DNA of 64,000 nt, from positions 1 through 64,000 of the IMG/VR virus record IMGVR_UViG_3300047548_000772; one strand, 5' to 3'. This DNA comes from a virus. A program made the position numbers and the translations under genes. The notes beneath the pieces were generated by a model that made no database searches, was not told the DNA's origin, and saw only the letters and a list, made by a program, of their open reading frames with translations. This document shows positions 54,377 through 64,000 of this stretch, one piece after another. Within the stretch, counting starts at the first letter, position 1. Every line of letters starts with the position of its first letter.

Positions 54377-55471
54377 ATGTCAGTTGAACATCGTACAGTT
54401 ACCGCACCAGAAGCCAAGAAGGCAATTCTTAAATGCTTTAATAAGAAGCGTCCTCTGTTCTTGTGGGGTCCTCCAGGTATCGGCAAGTCAGAAGTCGTTG
54501 CTGGTATCACAGAAGAAATGCAAGGTCTAATGATCGACCTTCGTTTGGGCCAAATGGACCCAACCGATATCCGTGGTATCCCGTTTTATAACAAAGAAAA
54601 AGGCGTTATGGATTGGGCTCCCCCAATCGATCTACCAGACGCCGAAACTGCTAGCCAGTACCCAGTTGTTGTTTTGTTCATGGACGAAATGAACTCGGCT
54701 GCACCTGCTGTTCAAGCTGCTGCATATCAACTAGTTCTTAACCGTCGAATCGGTAAGTACATCCTGCCAGACAATGTTGTTATGATCGCTGCTGGTAACC
54801 GCGAGTCAGACAAGGGTGTTACATATCGTATGCCAACTCCGCTGGCAAACCGTTTTGTTCACTTGGAAATGCGTGTTGATTTCCCAGCATGGCAAGAGTG
54901 GGCAGTTGGCAGCGGCATTCACAAGGACGTTGTTGGTTATCTAACCTTTGCCAAGCAGGACCTGTATGACTTTGATGCTAAGTCTGCATCGCGTTCGTTT
55001 GCTACACCGCGTTCGTGGACCTTTGTTAGCGAACTGCTAGAAGATGAAGACATTGACGATCGTACAGCCACTGACTTGATTTCAGGTGCTATCGGCGAAG
55101 GTCTTGCTGTCAAGTTCATGCAACACCGCAAGGTTGCCGGTAAGATGCCTAAGCCCGAAGACATCTTGTCAGGTAAGGTCAAGGATCTTAACATCAAAGA
55201 AGTTTCAGCAATGTACTCGCTGGTTATTTCCATGTGCTACGAACTGCGTGAAGCAGTCGAAAAGAAGATTCCCGAAAAGGACTTCCATGCAATGGCAGAT
55301 AACTTCTTCCGTTACATGATGGATAACTTTGAAACCGAACTGGTTGTTATGGGTGCTCGTATTGCCCTTACCACATACAACCTGCCCTTCCAACCAACGA
55401 AGTTGAAGAACTTCGACGAGTTCCACCAACGTTACGCCAAGTACATTCTACAGGCTACGCAAAACTCGTAA
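54377..55471 (+). CDS. MoxR-like AAA+ ATPase
   Basis: GPPGIGKS, LFMDEMN, IAAGN, LANRF. Confidence 0.93.
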   Translation: MSVEHRTVTAPEAKKAILKCFNKKRPLFLWGPPGIGKSEVVAGITEEMQGLMIDLRLGQMDPTDIRGIPFYNKEKGVMDWAPPIDLPDAETASQYPVVVLFMDEMNSAAPAVQAAAYQLVLNRRIGKYILPDNVVMIAAGNRESDKGVTYRMPTPLANRFVHLEMRVDFPAWQEWAVGSGIHKDVVGYLTFAKQDLYDFDAKSASRSFATPRSWTFVSELLEDEDIDDRTATDLISGAIGEGLAVKFMQHRKVAGKMPKPEDILSGKVKDLNIKEVSAMYSLVISMCYELREAVEKKIPEKDFHAMADNFFRYMMDNFETELVVMGARIALTTYNLPFQPTKLKNFDEFHQRYAKYILQATQNS

Positions 55472-55500
55472 CAGGTTAGGGGCTGTGTTCCGTTAAGGAC

Positions 55501-55535
55501 ATAGGGCTATGTTTGGTGCATAGCCCCTATTTTTT
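55501..55535 (+). terminator. probable intrinsic terminator
   Basis: GGGCTATG/CATAGCCC stem plus U tract. Confidence 0.65.
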
Positions 55536-55766
55536 ATGTCAACTACAGTTACAAAAACATACGATCCATATGTTTGGAAGAATGTTGCTAAAATACACAG
55601 CGACATGACTAGGGACTTTGGAAAGATTGGTGTCAAATGGTCTTTAAAGATCTTAACTCCAACAAGTTTTACATCGTCAGATCTACCTAGAACTTATGAA
55701 TATACGTTTAATGACCCGCACGATGCTATGATCTACGCTATTAAATACGCAGAACGCCAAGGTTGA
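55536..55766 (+). CDS. LRW-family short protein
   Basis: YTFNDPHDAMIYAIKYA. Confidence 0.7.
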   Translation: MSTTVTKTYDPYVWKNVAKIHSDMTRDFGKIGVKWSLKILTPTSFTSSDLPRTYEYTFNDPHDAMIYAIKYAERQG

Positions 55767-55791
55767 CCGGTAATTCGATATTTGCTATAAT
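55763..55791 (+). promoter_or_regulatory. sigma70-type promoter
   Basis: TTGACC-N17-TATAAT, extended -10. Confidence 0.88.
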
Positions 55792-55820
55792 ATTACATAA
55801 AGTTAAGAAATGGAGCATTT

Positions 55821-57101
55821 ATGACTGCTGCAAATTCCGCTGTTGAGAACAAAGATGATGCCAAGCGTTTTGCTAATCTCCTTGGCCCAACAGACCCTAA
55901 ACTAGATCGCGAAGTTCGCGAAATTCTAATCACAGCCCGTGTTGGTCTGTTGCTTCGTGCAAGTTTCTTTGGTAACCTGGCAACTCGTCTTAAACTAATC
56001 AACGCCGACGAATGGTGTTCAACTGCTGCTACAGACGGTCGCAATTTTTACTATAACACTCGCTTTATCAAGATGCTCAAGCCCAAAGAGGTTGAGTTCT
56101 TGTTTGGCCACGAAGTTCTTCACTGTGTTTACGACCATATGGGTCGCCGCGGTGATCGCCATCCACAGATTTGGAACATTGCCAACGATTACTGCGTCAA
56201 CGCTGACCTTAAAAAGCATCGCGTTGGTGAGTTTATTACAAGTGTTCCGTGTTTATACGATCCCAAGTATGAAGGCAAGTCGTCAGAAGAAGTCTACGAA
56301 GATCTAATGGCTAATGCCCAAAAGATTAGCCTAGACGATCTTATCAACCAAGTTCTCGACGAACACTTGGATGGTAAAGGCGGTGACGGCGAAGACGGTC
56401 AAAACAACAAAGATGGCAAAGGCAGTGGTCGTCCACAGTTGACCGAAGAAGAAAAGCAACAAATCCGCGACGAAATCAAAGAAGCCATGATGGCTGCTGC
56501 ACAAGCATCGGACCCGGGTTCGGTTCCAGCAGGTGTTAAGCGTCTAATCCAAGATCTAACTGATCCTAAGATGAACTGGCGCGAACTGTTGCGTATGCAA
56601 TTGGAATCGACTATCAAGAGCGATTACACTTGGGCTCGTCCTAGCCGTCGTGCTTGGCACATGGATGCTGTTTTGCCTGGTATGAAGAACACCGATGCCA
56701 TTGACATTGCTGTCGCAATTGATATGTCAGGTTCTATCAGCGTCGAGCAAGGCAAGGACTTCTTAAGCGAAATCAAAGGCATTATGGAAACGTTTGATTC
56801 GTATCGTATCCATGTTTTCTGCTTTGATACAGACTACTACAATCCGCAGATCTATACCAGCGATAACCTAGAAACTATCGAGGACTATGAACTAGCAGGT
56901 GGTGGCGGTACTGATTTTGATGCTATCTTCCGTCATCTCAAAGACGAAGAAGTTGAGCCCAAGCGGTTAGTTGTTTTCACTGACGGTTATCCGTTTGGTT
57001 CGTGGGGTGATCCTAACTACTGCGATACTGTTTGGATTATCCATGGTGATCGTAATCCAAACCCACCGTTTGGTCAGTGGGCACTATACGAAGCAGAGTA
57101 A
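55821..57101 (+). CDS. metallopeptidase-VWA domain protein (DUF2201-like)
   Basis: TAATDG, HEVLH, IDMSGS, FTDG. Confidence 0.9.
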   Translation: MTAANSAVENKDDAKRFANLLGPTDPKLDREVREILITARVGLLLRASFFGNLATRLKLINADEWCSTAATDGRNFYYNTRFIKMLKPKEVEFLFGHEVLHCVYDHMGRRGDRHPQIWNIANDYCVNADLKKHRVGEFITSVPCLYDPKYEGKSSEEVYEDLMANAQKISLDDLINQVLDEHLDGKGGDGEDGQNNKDGKGSGRPQLTEEEKQQIRDEIKEAMMAAAQASDPGSVPAGVKRLIQDLTDPKMNWRELLRMQLESTIKSDYTWARPSRRAWHMDAVLPGMKNTDAIDIAVAIDMSGSISVEQGKDFLSEIKGIMETFDSYRIHVFCFDTDYYNPQIYTSDNLETIEDYELAGGGGTDFDAIFRHLKDEEVEPKRLVVFTDGYPFGSWGDPNYCDTVWIIHGDRNPNPPFGQWALYEAE

Positions 57102-57104
57102 TCG

Positions 57105-57263
57105 ATGTTGTACCGAGCAAAGATGCCCGAGGCTTGGGCACGTATGGAGTGGTGCAAAGCTCATTTTGGGCAGCAGAGTTTCAAACGCTGGTGGCGAGAC
57201 CGTGGGTATCTTTGCTTCGTCAACGAAAAGGATTACTTGTTTTACTTGCTGAGGTGGGCATAG
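57105..57263 (+). CDS. LRW-family short protein (not in ORF track)
   Basis: MEWCKAHFG...CFVNEKDYLFYLLRWA*. Confidence 0.78.
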   Translation: MLYRAKMPEAWARMEWCKAHFGQQSFKRWWRDRGYLCFVNEKDYLFYLLRWA

Positions 57264-57487
57264 TGACAGAACTAGAGATTCCAACATCTAACTGGGCTCA
57301 CGTAGATGCGCCACCAAGTTGGTGGGAAAACTTTTTCTATAGTTGCGGCGACTGGCAAGAAGTTCAACGTGTGTTAAAAGAAGATTGGAATGCTGAGGCA
57401 GTTCCTAGTTCTAGACTGGGAGAAGTTGGAACCATTGTATTCGAAAATGAGCAGGATGCTACTATGTTTATGTTGAGGTGGACATGA
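57263..57487 (+). CDS. LRW-family short protein
   Basis: GTG after GAGGTGG; VFENEQDATMFMLRWT*. Confidence 0.8.
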   Translation: MTELEIPTSNWAHVDAPPSWWENFFYSCGDWQEVQRVLKEDWNAEAVPSSRLGEVGTIVFENEQDATMFMLRWT

Positions 57488-57681
57488 TTACTGTGAACAC
57501 TTATCCAAAAATCCAAACGTCCCACGATATGATTCCAGTAAACGAATGGCTAAGACACAACGCTACCAGTAAGTGGAACTGGCGATCCTCAAAAGAGTGG
57601 TATCCTGGGTGGGGTCATCCTATGTTGTTAGATTTTGAGGACGAAAACGATGCAGTATTGTTTGCATTGAGGTGGTTGTGA
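57484..57681 (+). CDS. LRW-family short protein
   Basis: DFEDENDAVLFALRWL*. Confidence 0.82.
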   Translation: MITVNTYPKIQTSHDMIPVNEWLRHNATSKWNWRSSKEWYPGWGHPMLLDFEDENDAVLFALRWL

Positions 57682-57947
57682 TGATAGAAGCCTGGACATT
57701 TATTGACGGTATGAAGGTTAGTGTTCCGCTAGATCGTTGCGATGCTGTTAGGTATGGCTGGCATCTGGGCACAGAGTTTAGACGCTGGCACCCTTTAGTA
57801 GATGTGGCGGCAGAAATCCTTAGAGAAAATTCAATTCGTGATTGGTGCCGCAACACCGTTGGACAAAATTGCTACAAAACATTTCACGATAGCGTATATT
57901 TTTATCGTGAAGCAGATGCAGTACTTTGCAAGTTGAGGTGGTCATAA
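57681..57947 (+). CDS. LRW-family short protein
   Basis: DWCRNTVG...YFYREADAVLCKLRWS*. Confidence 0.8.
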   Translation: MIEAWTFIDGMKVSVPLDRCDAVRYGWHLGTEFRRWHPLVDVAAEILRENSIRDWCRNTVGQNCYKTFHDSVYFYREADAVLCKLRWS

Positions 57948-58249
57948 TGGAAATCAAACAAGTTTATATCTGTAGTGTATGTGAAACTATTCACGAAGAT
58001 GAATATGCAGCAGAAGAATGTTGCCCGCCAGAAGTATGGCACATGTGGCAATGTCCTGTCTGTGAGGAAACACACGACACAGAGCAAGAAGCCATTGAGT
58101 GTTACAATAAGTGCTGCAACGGCGAAGACGAAATTGATGTCGATGAAGGGTCTTATCGCAAGTATCCAGAGATATTCTGGAACAGAAGTCAACGGATTTA
58201 CATCGATGAATTCTGTCGACTCAATCATTTACATAAAGGTGAAGAATGA
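57947..58249 (+). CDS. acidic Cys-rich (zinc-binding) protein
   Basis: CSVCE and CPVCE repeats. Confidence 0.7.
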   Translation: MEIKQVYICSVCETIHEDEYAAEECCPPEVWHMWQCPVCEETHDTEQEAIECYNKCCNGEDEIDVDEGSYRKYPEIFWNRSQRIYIDEFCRLNHLHKGEE

Positions 58250-58572
58250 ATTGGTTGCGTAAAAAAGTAATTAAGTGGGTGCGTGAGGATTGGGAAAACG
58301 AAGGTTCTAAGAAACGTAGTCGCAGTAATCTAATTGGTTATCCCGACGAGCCTGAACCAGTACTCAGACGCGAGTACCAAACCCCCGAAGTACCCGGTAT
58401 GGATATCCGTGTACAAAATGTCACCGGTGGCATGATTGTTTCTATTACCAGATTCAATAACTATTCCGACAGAGTTGATTATCCACGTGCACAAGTGTAC
58501 CTACTTCGTGAAGAAGAAAATCTCGGCGAAGCATTGGCCAAGATTATCACACAAGAAAGCCTGCGTGGATGA
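58246..58572 (+). CDS. hypothetical protein
   Basis: ATGA coupled. Confidence 0.7.
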   Translation: MNWLRKKVIKWVREDWENEGSKKRSRSNLIGYPDEPEPVLRREYQTPEVPGMDIRVQNVTGGMIVSITRFNNYSDRVDYPRAQVYLLREEENLGEALAKIITQESLRG

Positions 58573-58919
58573 GCATTGTAAATATTACGTCTGGCAGTCC
58601 GTTTATTAGTGTAAATCAATACACAGGATCGTATGTTGGTAATAATGGTGCAAGTGCTGGCATGGTTAGATACAACACTGGTACACAATGCCTCGAAGCA
58701 TACGATGGCAGCACATGGGTCAACATTAGTCAAAACCTAAGCATTGAACTAAACTACGGTGCTATCGATACACTACATTGGGCAATGAAAAAGATGACCG
58801 AAGAAAAGCGCATACAGGAACTTGCTAGAGAACACCCAATGGTTGCTGACGCTGTTGCCTCGCTTAAAGATGCATCAGAAAGACTTGAAGTAGCACTAGC
58901 ATTAACTGAAAAAGGTTAA
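58569..58919 (+). CDS. hypothetical protein
   Basis: ATGA coupled. Confidence 0.7.
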   Translation: MSIVNITSGSPFISVNQYTGSYVGNNGASAGMVRYNTGTQCLEAYDGSTWVNISQNLSIELNYGAIDTLHWAMKKMTEEKRIQELAREHPMVADAVASLKDASERLEVALALTEKG

Positions 58920-58940
58920 ATTGATGCTAAACCTACAATT

Positions 58941-58965
58941 AAACCGCCGCTATGGCGGTTTTTTT
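58941..58965 (+). terminator. intrinsic terminator
   Basis: AAACCGCC/GGCGGTTT plus U tract. Confidence 0.85.
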
Positions 58966-59011
58966 GTGGCTATAAACTACGCCTATATCTTTTTATGCTG
59001 TAAATAACTGC

Positions 59012-59290
59012 ATGGAAAACACTAATCAAAACCCACCATCACTTACGCTCAACGACCTAGCGGTCTTGCGTAACGTTATCGAAGTTGCTATTAGCCGAGG
59101 CACATTCAAGGCCGACGAAATTACTGTTGTAGGACAAACCTATGACAAATTAAAGGCATGGCTGGATTCCGTTGCTGCACAACAAGCAGCAGAACAGCCA
59201 GCAGCAGAAGAAGTACCTGCTGAACAACCAAAGCCTGCTAAGAAAGCAGCAACCAAATCAACTGCTGTCAAGCAGAAAGGAAAGAAGTAA
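59012..59290 (+). CDS. hypothetical phage protein
   Basis: LTLNDL...RGTFKADE. Confidence 0.75.
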   Translation: MENTNQNPPSLTLNDLAVLRNVIEVAISRGTFKADEITVVGQTYDKLKAWLDSVAAQQAAEQPAAEEVPAEQPKPAKKAATKSTAVKQKGKK

Positions 59291-60003
59291 TGGCATTTCT
59301 AAAACACGTAGGCAAGCATGGCGACCGTCGAGTTGCAATCATCTTCCGCGAAATCCCAGGCGACGAGCACATGTGCTTAGTTGTTTACCCAGAGATCATG
59401 CAAACTGCTTGGCACGATGCGCTAATGAAGGCAATCGAATCGCCAGAAGCACAAACATCTGATCACCTTGGTGAAGCACTATCACGTGCGTTATTCCCCG
59501 ATGGTCGTGTAATGCTACAAGCAATGCACACCGAAGGATTACTAAAGAAGGTACAAACAGAAAACGTTATTGTTACTCCAACTCCAACTAGTAGTTGCAA
59601 ACTAGCAGAGATCAATAACATTCTTCGCGAAATGAAACTCGGCGAAGAAGCAATTAAAAAGATGGCCGAAGTCGACAAGAATTCGGGCATGACTGGCAAG
59701 GTTCGTCCACGTGATGACTTTGGTCGTGAAGTTGGTGGTCCACCACCTGCTGCTCGCGGACCACTTGCTGGATCAAACAATCCACCACAAGCAGGCATGA
59801 ACAACGCTCTAGGCGACGATGCTATTGCTAACAATCTTCGCCAACAAGCAGAACGCATGGCTGCAGAAGCCAAAGGTTTGCTTGCTGAAAGCGATCGCAT
59901 GATGAGAGAAGCCGCTTCGTTAATGGGTACAACAATCCCAGACCCTGCTGCTCCTAAGAAGCGTGGTCGTCCAGCCAAGGCGAAGGTGGGTAATGCTGCT
60001 TAA
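59290..60003 (+). CDS. hypothetical phage protein
   Basis: coupled; C-terminal AT-hook-like KKRGRP. Confidence 0.75.
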   Translation: MAFLKHVGKHGDRRVAIIFREIPGDEHMCLVVYPEIMQTAWHDALMKAIESPEAQTSDHLGEALSRALFPDGRVMLQAMHTEGLLKKVQTENVIVTPTPTSSCKLAEINNILREMKLGEEAIKKMAEVDKNSGMTGKVRPRDDFGREVGGPPPAARGPLAGSNNPPQAGMNNALGDDAIANNLRQQAERMAAEAKGLLAESDRMMREAASLMGTTIPDPAAPKKRGRPAKAKVGNAA

Positions 60004-60295
60004 AATTGATCGTATCAGTCAGTGGAATGAGGTACTCGAGTCCATCGAGAAAGATCACATTCCTATCGACTGTGTAAAGAAAGTTTTACTCAAACTAGAA
60101 GGCGGCCGGCAAAAAACAATCAATCTAGAAAACCTTCGCAAGAATGGTTTAGACTTAGAAGAAATTGAAACAGTAGTTAGCCGTCATATGCGCGAACTTG
60201 GTAGACAAATTGCCAACATTGAGTTTATAATTGATGTTAAAGCAGTCGAAAAACACGTTCAACCCATTACAGATAAATTTTTAAGCAACATATGA
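59993..60295 (+). CDS. hypothetical protein
   Basis: overlapping operon ORF. Confidence 0.7.
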   Translation: MLLKIDRISQWNEVLESIEKDHIPIDCVKKVLLKLEGGRQKTINLENLRKNGLDLEEIETVVSRHMRELGRQIANIEFIIDVKAVEKHVQPITDKFLSNI

Positions 60296-60978
60296 AAGTT
60301 AAACTAATCAACTCTTCGGCACCATCTGAAGAACTGCTAGCACAGGGCATTGACAATGCGCAAGAACTAATTGCGTTTTGTGCCCGTGTTAGCAATCCTA
60401 GCAATCAACTTAACACAGAAACCAGTGAAAAGTTAATTCGTTATCTAATCAAGCACAAGCACTGGAGTCCTTTAGAAATGGTTAGTGCTTGTTTAGAAAT
60501 CGAAACTACACGTGATATTGCTCGTCAAATTCTGCGCCATCGTAGTTTTAGTTTCCAAGAGTTTAGTCAGCGTTATGCCGACCCAACCAAGGATCTAAAC
60601 TTTGAAATTCGCGAAACACGACTACAGGATACTAAGAATCGTCAAAACTCAGTAGAGTTAGATGTTAGTGTTCCTGAAAATCGCGAACTTGTTCGTATTT
60701 GGGAAGAAAAGCAACATGCGGTTATCAAAGCCGCTCGCGATGCATATGAGTGGGCAGTAACAAATAGCATTGCCAAGGAACAAGCCCGTGCTGTATTGCC
60801 CGAAGGTTTAATGGGCAGTCGTTTGTATATGAATGGCACACTACGTTCGTGGATTCACTTTATCGAGTTACGTAGTGCCAACGGTACACAAAAAGAGCAT
60901 CAAGAAGTTGCTATTGCGTGTGCTCGTGCTATTGCTAACATCTTTCCAATGGCGGATGAGTTTGTAACCACAAACTAA
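60292..60978 (+). CDS. thyX: flavin-dependent thymidylate synthase
   Basis: HWSPLE, RHRSFSFQEFSQRY. Confidence 0.96.
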   Translation: MKVKLINSSAPSEELLAQGIDNAQELIAFCARVSNPSNQLNTETSEKLIRYLIKHKHWSPLEMVSACLEIETTRDIARQILRHRSFSFQEFSQRYADPTKDLNFEIRETRLQDTKNRQNSVELDVSVPENRELVRIWEEKQHAVIKAARDAYEWAVTNSIAKEQARAVLPEGLMGSRLYMNGTLRSWIHFIELRSANGTQKEHQEVAIACARAIANIFPMADEFVTTN

Positions 60979-61211
60979 TGCAACGCATCGTATTTGCTAC
61001 ATTTAATTTAGGCGACGTAGAGGATCCAGAAATCTACGCCGCCTTTCCTATTTACAAATTCAAAGAAACACCCAAAGGCCAGTGGATGATGGAAAACTGC
61101 AAGGATCCGGTTTATGATATTCACATGTGTTACGATACATACGGGTATCGTGTTGTTATCCACGGCAAAGTAGAAGATCAACTTGCTACAGAGTTTTACC
61201 TACGATGGTAG
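60978..61211 (+). CDS. LRW-family-like short protein
   Basis: QWMMENC...EDQLATEFYLRW*. Confidence 0.7.
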   Translation: MQRIVFATFNLGDVEDPEIYAAFPIYKFKETPKGQWMMENCKDPVYDIHMCYDTYGYRVVIHGKVEDQLATEFYLRW

Positions 61212-61486
61212 AACCACTTCAAGCCTTGGTTTGGCGACTACCCGGTGGTATGGCTGCTAACTTTTACGCACATAGGCTTAACCAAGAAGTAGGACAATGG
61301 GCCGAAACGCACCATGTTGATCCAAAATTGCTTAAATGGACTAACGTCAATTGGTATCGAGGCCAAAAAGCCCACTTTAGAATGTTGACTATGCCCAAGA
61401 AGTATGCTACAATATTTCTATTATCGTGGACTGGCAAGCCGCCAACTTACATAGACGAATACGTACATCCGGATGAACCAAATTAA
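61205..61486 (+). CDS. LRW-family-like short protein
   Basis: QWAETH...KKYATIFLLSW; ATG formed by upstream R-W codons. Confidence 0.62.
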   Translation: MVEPLQALVWRLPGGMAANFYAHRLNQEVGQWAETHHVDPKLLKWTNVNWYRGQKAHFRMLTMPKKYATIFLLSWTGKPPTYIDEYVHPDEPN

Positions 61487-62471
61487 TCTTTGCAATTTAA
61501 CTTTAGAACAAACATACATGTCGCATTTATCCAATCGACAATGGTATTTTGAACGATCGCTAAATCGAGACTCGCTGGTTATTTCAGTTGGGGATTCATG
61601 GAGTTGGGGAATGGGACTACAATCTGACAACAACAGCGATAACATAGAATATCGCACTAACCATTGTTATGGAAGTATTGTTGCAAAGAGCACAAACAGC
61701 GATTTTATTAATATTGGATTTCCCGGGTACAGCAATATGCTCCACATCAATTATGCATTTGATGTTTTAAACAGACTAGTGAAGCCTTATAAAAAAATTT
61801 TTGTACTTTTAACCCTTAGCGAGTCTGGCAGAGACATATCAGACGATTTTTATAAACGTCCCGAATACTACAACTTATTGCGCGGCGGCTCTTGGCCTAC
61901 ATTCAATGACATTGTAACCGGTAGTGTTAAGTTCAACGAATTAAGATTTGCACTCAAAGAATTAAAGAGCAATAACATATACTTTGAGTACCCTCTTAAA
62001 GCATTTCTAAGAGCTAAGAATTTTTTCAATACCTTCGACATTGTTAAGTCACTAGAAAAAACTAGTTTTAAAATGCTCGTTGACAAAATCAAACAACAAG
62101 GTAAAAATATTCACTACGTTGTTGGTCGAACTTATGTAGACACGTTCAAAGAAAATGTTAGCATACTGGATTCAAATTTTTGCCTTTTATCAAAAAAATG
62201 GGTCGATATATTGGCCGAGCACACCAACAATCTGTATCCAACAAACGTGTATAACGTCACTCAGATCGGCATTGACACTTTGTTTGACTTTGATAATTTT
62301 GTACATTCAACTGCGGACCTAAGATCAAGGACCGAACTAATCGAATCATCTTTATCTGCTATCCATTGGTTAGAATCGTGTTCGTTGACTCGTGGCGAAG
62401 TGCCGTATCCCACAGAGCAAGGGCATCAACTGTGGGCCAATTATATACTTGAGAATATTAAACATGTCTAA
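61473..62471 (+). CDS. SGNH-like hypothetical protein
   Basis: SVGDSWSWG, C-terminal YPTEQGHQLWA. Confidence 0.62.
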   Translation: MNQINLCNLTLEQTYMSHLSNRQWYFERSLNRDSLVISVGDSWSWGMGLQSDNNSDNIEYRTNHCYGSIVAKSTNSDFINIGFPGYSNMLHINYAFDVLNRLVKPYKKIFVLLTLSESGRDISDDFYKRPEYYNLLRGGSWPTFNDIVTGSVKFNELRFALKELKSNNIYFEYPLKAFLRAKNFFNTFDIVKSLEKTSFKMLVDKIKQQGKNIHYVVGRTYVDTFKENVSILDSNFCLLSKKWVDILAEHTNNLYPTNVYNVTQIGIDTLFDFDNFVHSTADLRSRTELIESSLSAIHWLESCSLTRGEVPYPTEQGHQLWANYILENIKHV

Positions 62472-63420
62472 CATACTTGTTACCGGTGGTCTAGGATTTA
62501 TTGGACACAATGTTGTCCAATTGCTCGAACAACAAGGACATAATGTGCTTGTTGTAGACAACGAAACTACCTATGGCGTTATTCCGCAAGACGAGTTATC
62601 CAAACTTATACTAGAACGTAAACAAAAAATAAAAACCAACTCACTCTACTTCTGTGACATTGCTGACCCGCTTGCTGCAAAAATATTTGAACAGTTTAAT
62701 CCAAATACAGTTATACATCTTGCTAGCTTTCCTCGACAAAAAGTAGTTAATAATGATCCTGTATTAGGAAGCGCAACAATGAGTACCGGATTGCTCAATT
62801 TGTTGGAAGCAAGTGTAAGGTATAATGTTAAAAAGTTTGTGTACATTAGTTCAAGCATGGTGTATGGTGAATTCTCAGATGGGGTGCGCGAAGATGCTGT
62901 GTGTAATCCACTGGGACAATATGGAATTTTAAAGTTAGCAGGCGAATGGTTAGTGCGCGACTATACACACCGCACAGGATTAACACATACCATCATTCGC
63001 CCGAGTGCAGTTTATGGTCCGCGTGATGTTGAGGATCGTGTGATTAGCAAGTTTTTTGCTGCGGCAATGCGCAACGAAACTATTCATGTCAAAGGTGCCG
63101 ATGAATGCTTAGACTTTACCTACGTAGAAGATATTGCACGTGGTATCGTCAAGGCTACACTCACAGATTCTACTAACAACAAAACATACAACGTCACACG
63201 TGGACGAGCGCACTCGCTATTAGACGCTGCCAAACTTGTACAAAAGATTGTAGGGCAAGGTACTATCGAAGTTGAAGAACGCGACACAAACTTTCCATCG
63301 CGTGGTGCATTAAATATAGAAGCGGCATGTAGAGATTTTCTTTACACGCCATTGGTTGATATCGAACAAGGTTTTAAATTGTATTATGACTGGCTTGACC
63401 ATACCTTTCACAGGTCTTAA
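62464..63420 (+). CDS. NAD-dependent epimerase/dehydratase
   Basis: TGGLGFIG, SSSMVYG, YGILK. Confidence 0.93.
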   Translation: MSNILVTGGLGFIGHNVVQLLEQQGHNVLVVDNETTYGVIPQDELSKLILERKQKIKTNSLYFCDIADPLAAKIFEQFNPNTVIHLASFPRQKVVNNDPVLGSATMSTGLLNLLEASVRYNVKKFVYISSSMVYGEFSDGVREDAVCNPLGQYGILKLAGEWLVRDYTHRTGLTHTIIRPSAVYGPRDVEDRVISKFFAAAMRNETIHVKGADECLDFTYVEDIARGIVKATLTDSTNNKTYNVTRGRAHSLLDAAKLVQKIVGQGTIEVEERDTNFPSRGALNIEAACRDFLYTPLVDIEQGFKLYYDWLDHTFHRS

Positions 63421-64000
63421 AAAGCAGTACAACAATCTACGTTCAGAAATCCTTGATGTTACAGACGAGGTTCTTCGCAGTGGCCAACTGATGAATGGCA
63501 ATTGGACTGCGGAGTTTGAAAACTGGCTGGCTAAAAAGAATCGCACAGCACATGCAGTTACTTGCCACTCTGGCACACAAGCACTAGAAATACTAGCAGC
63601 ATTTTACAAACATTTGTTGGCCATGGATAGTCCAACTGTTGTTATGCCTACGTTTACCTATGCGGCAACTGCCAATGCATTTATTCGCGCAGGATGGGAT
63701 GTGCACTTTGTTGACACAGATTATTACGGTGTACTAGATCCCAAACACATACCAAACATTGAGTACCAAGCAATTATCTTAGTAGGCTTATATGGTGCTG
63801 CTCTTTCACAACTAGAGCACACACATCACTGGTTGGATTGGTCATTAAACGACAAGTATCTTATTGAAGATGCAGCACAACATTGGTTAGCAGCGGCTAG
63901 TCGACGCATTGGACCTACTGCTATTAGTTTTGACCCAATGAAGAACTTACCTTGCTATGGCAATGGCGGTGCTATTGTCACCGATGCTGCGGATCTCGCA
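63386..64000 (+). CDS. DegT/DnrJ/EryC1/StrS aminotransferase (truncated by window)
   Basis: HSGTQALE, IEDAAQ, SFDPMKNLPCYGNGGAIVT; not in ORF track. Confidence 0.92.
   Translation, partial: MTGLTIPFTGLKKQYNNLRSEILDVTDEVLRSGQLMNGNWTAEFENWLAKKNRTAHAVTCHSGTQALEILAAFYKHLLAMDSPTVVMPTFTYAATANAFIRAGWDVHFVDTDYYGVLDPKHIPNIEYQAIILVGLYGAALSQLEHTHHWLDWSLNDKYLIEDAAQHWLAAASRRIGPTAISFDPMKNLPCYGNGGAIVTDAADLA

Noticed and set aside
57077-57262. N-terminal 62 aa of the 136-aa ORF-track protein
   Set aside because: It overlaps a better ORF (57105..57263) in another frame; the real start is probably GTG 57263 after GAGGTGG.
137-63576. Minus-strand ORFs nested opposite confident genes (e.g. 1189, 3699, 21316, 54937, 59463)
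   Set aside because: Antisense shadows of real coding frames, with no RBS or recognisable motifs.
1-64000. CRISPR array
   Set aside because: No regularly spaced near-identical direct repeats. The CCATAT stems are inverted repeats, dispersed and irregularly spaced.
1-64000. Stop-codon reassignment or suppressor tRNA
   Set aside because: Conserved genes are full length under the standard code with TAA, TAG and TGA all used as stops; no CUA, UUA or UCA anticodon was found.

Overview
This window is a segment of a large (jumbo-type) tailed dsDNA phage genome, almost all on the + strand. It has sigma70-type early promoters (TTGACM-N17-TATAAT) and T4-like late ATAAATA boxes. The likely host is a Betaproteobacterium, inferred from the porin, OmpA, RpoZ and the two-piece tmRNA type. 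Contents: (1) metabolic and replication genes (MetK, 5'-3' exonuclease, ThyX, cytidylyltransferase, radical SAMs, nucleotide-sugar enzymes, AhpC/AhpD, porin + OmpA, MoxR AAA + VWA peptidase, a GGQ peptidyl-tRNA hydrolase, RNAP omega); (2) about 37 short, divergent paralogous ORFs ending in F-x-D-x-x-DA-x-x-F-x-L-[KR]-W, 29 of them packed between 10.8 and 21.1 kb; (3) a ~25 kb RNA region with 32 tRNA genes covering all 20 amino acids, a permuted two-piece tmRNA, a probable GOLLD RNA with an embedded tRNA-like element, many tRNA-derived or unknown structured RNAs, and homing endonucleases. Top candidates for an undescribed system: a 48-codon leader ORF using all 20 amino acids and 39 different codons, coupled to a terminator/antiterminator switch at the head of the RNA region (a putative general translation-stress attenuator); the short-ORF array, whose conserved terminal codons also form the ribosome-binding site or start codon of the next gene; and a family of CCATA...ATGG stem-framed RNA cassettes. 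All assignments are by eye, with no database searches. Names of protein families and ncRNA classes come from recalled motifs and need confirmation.
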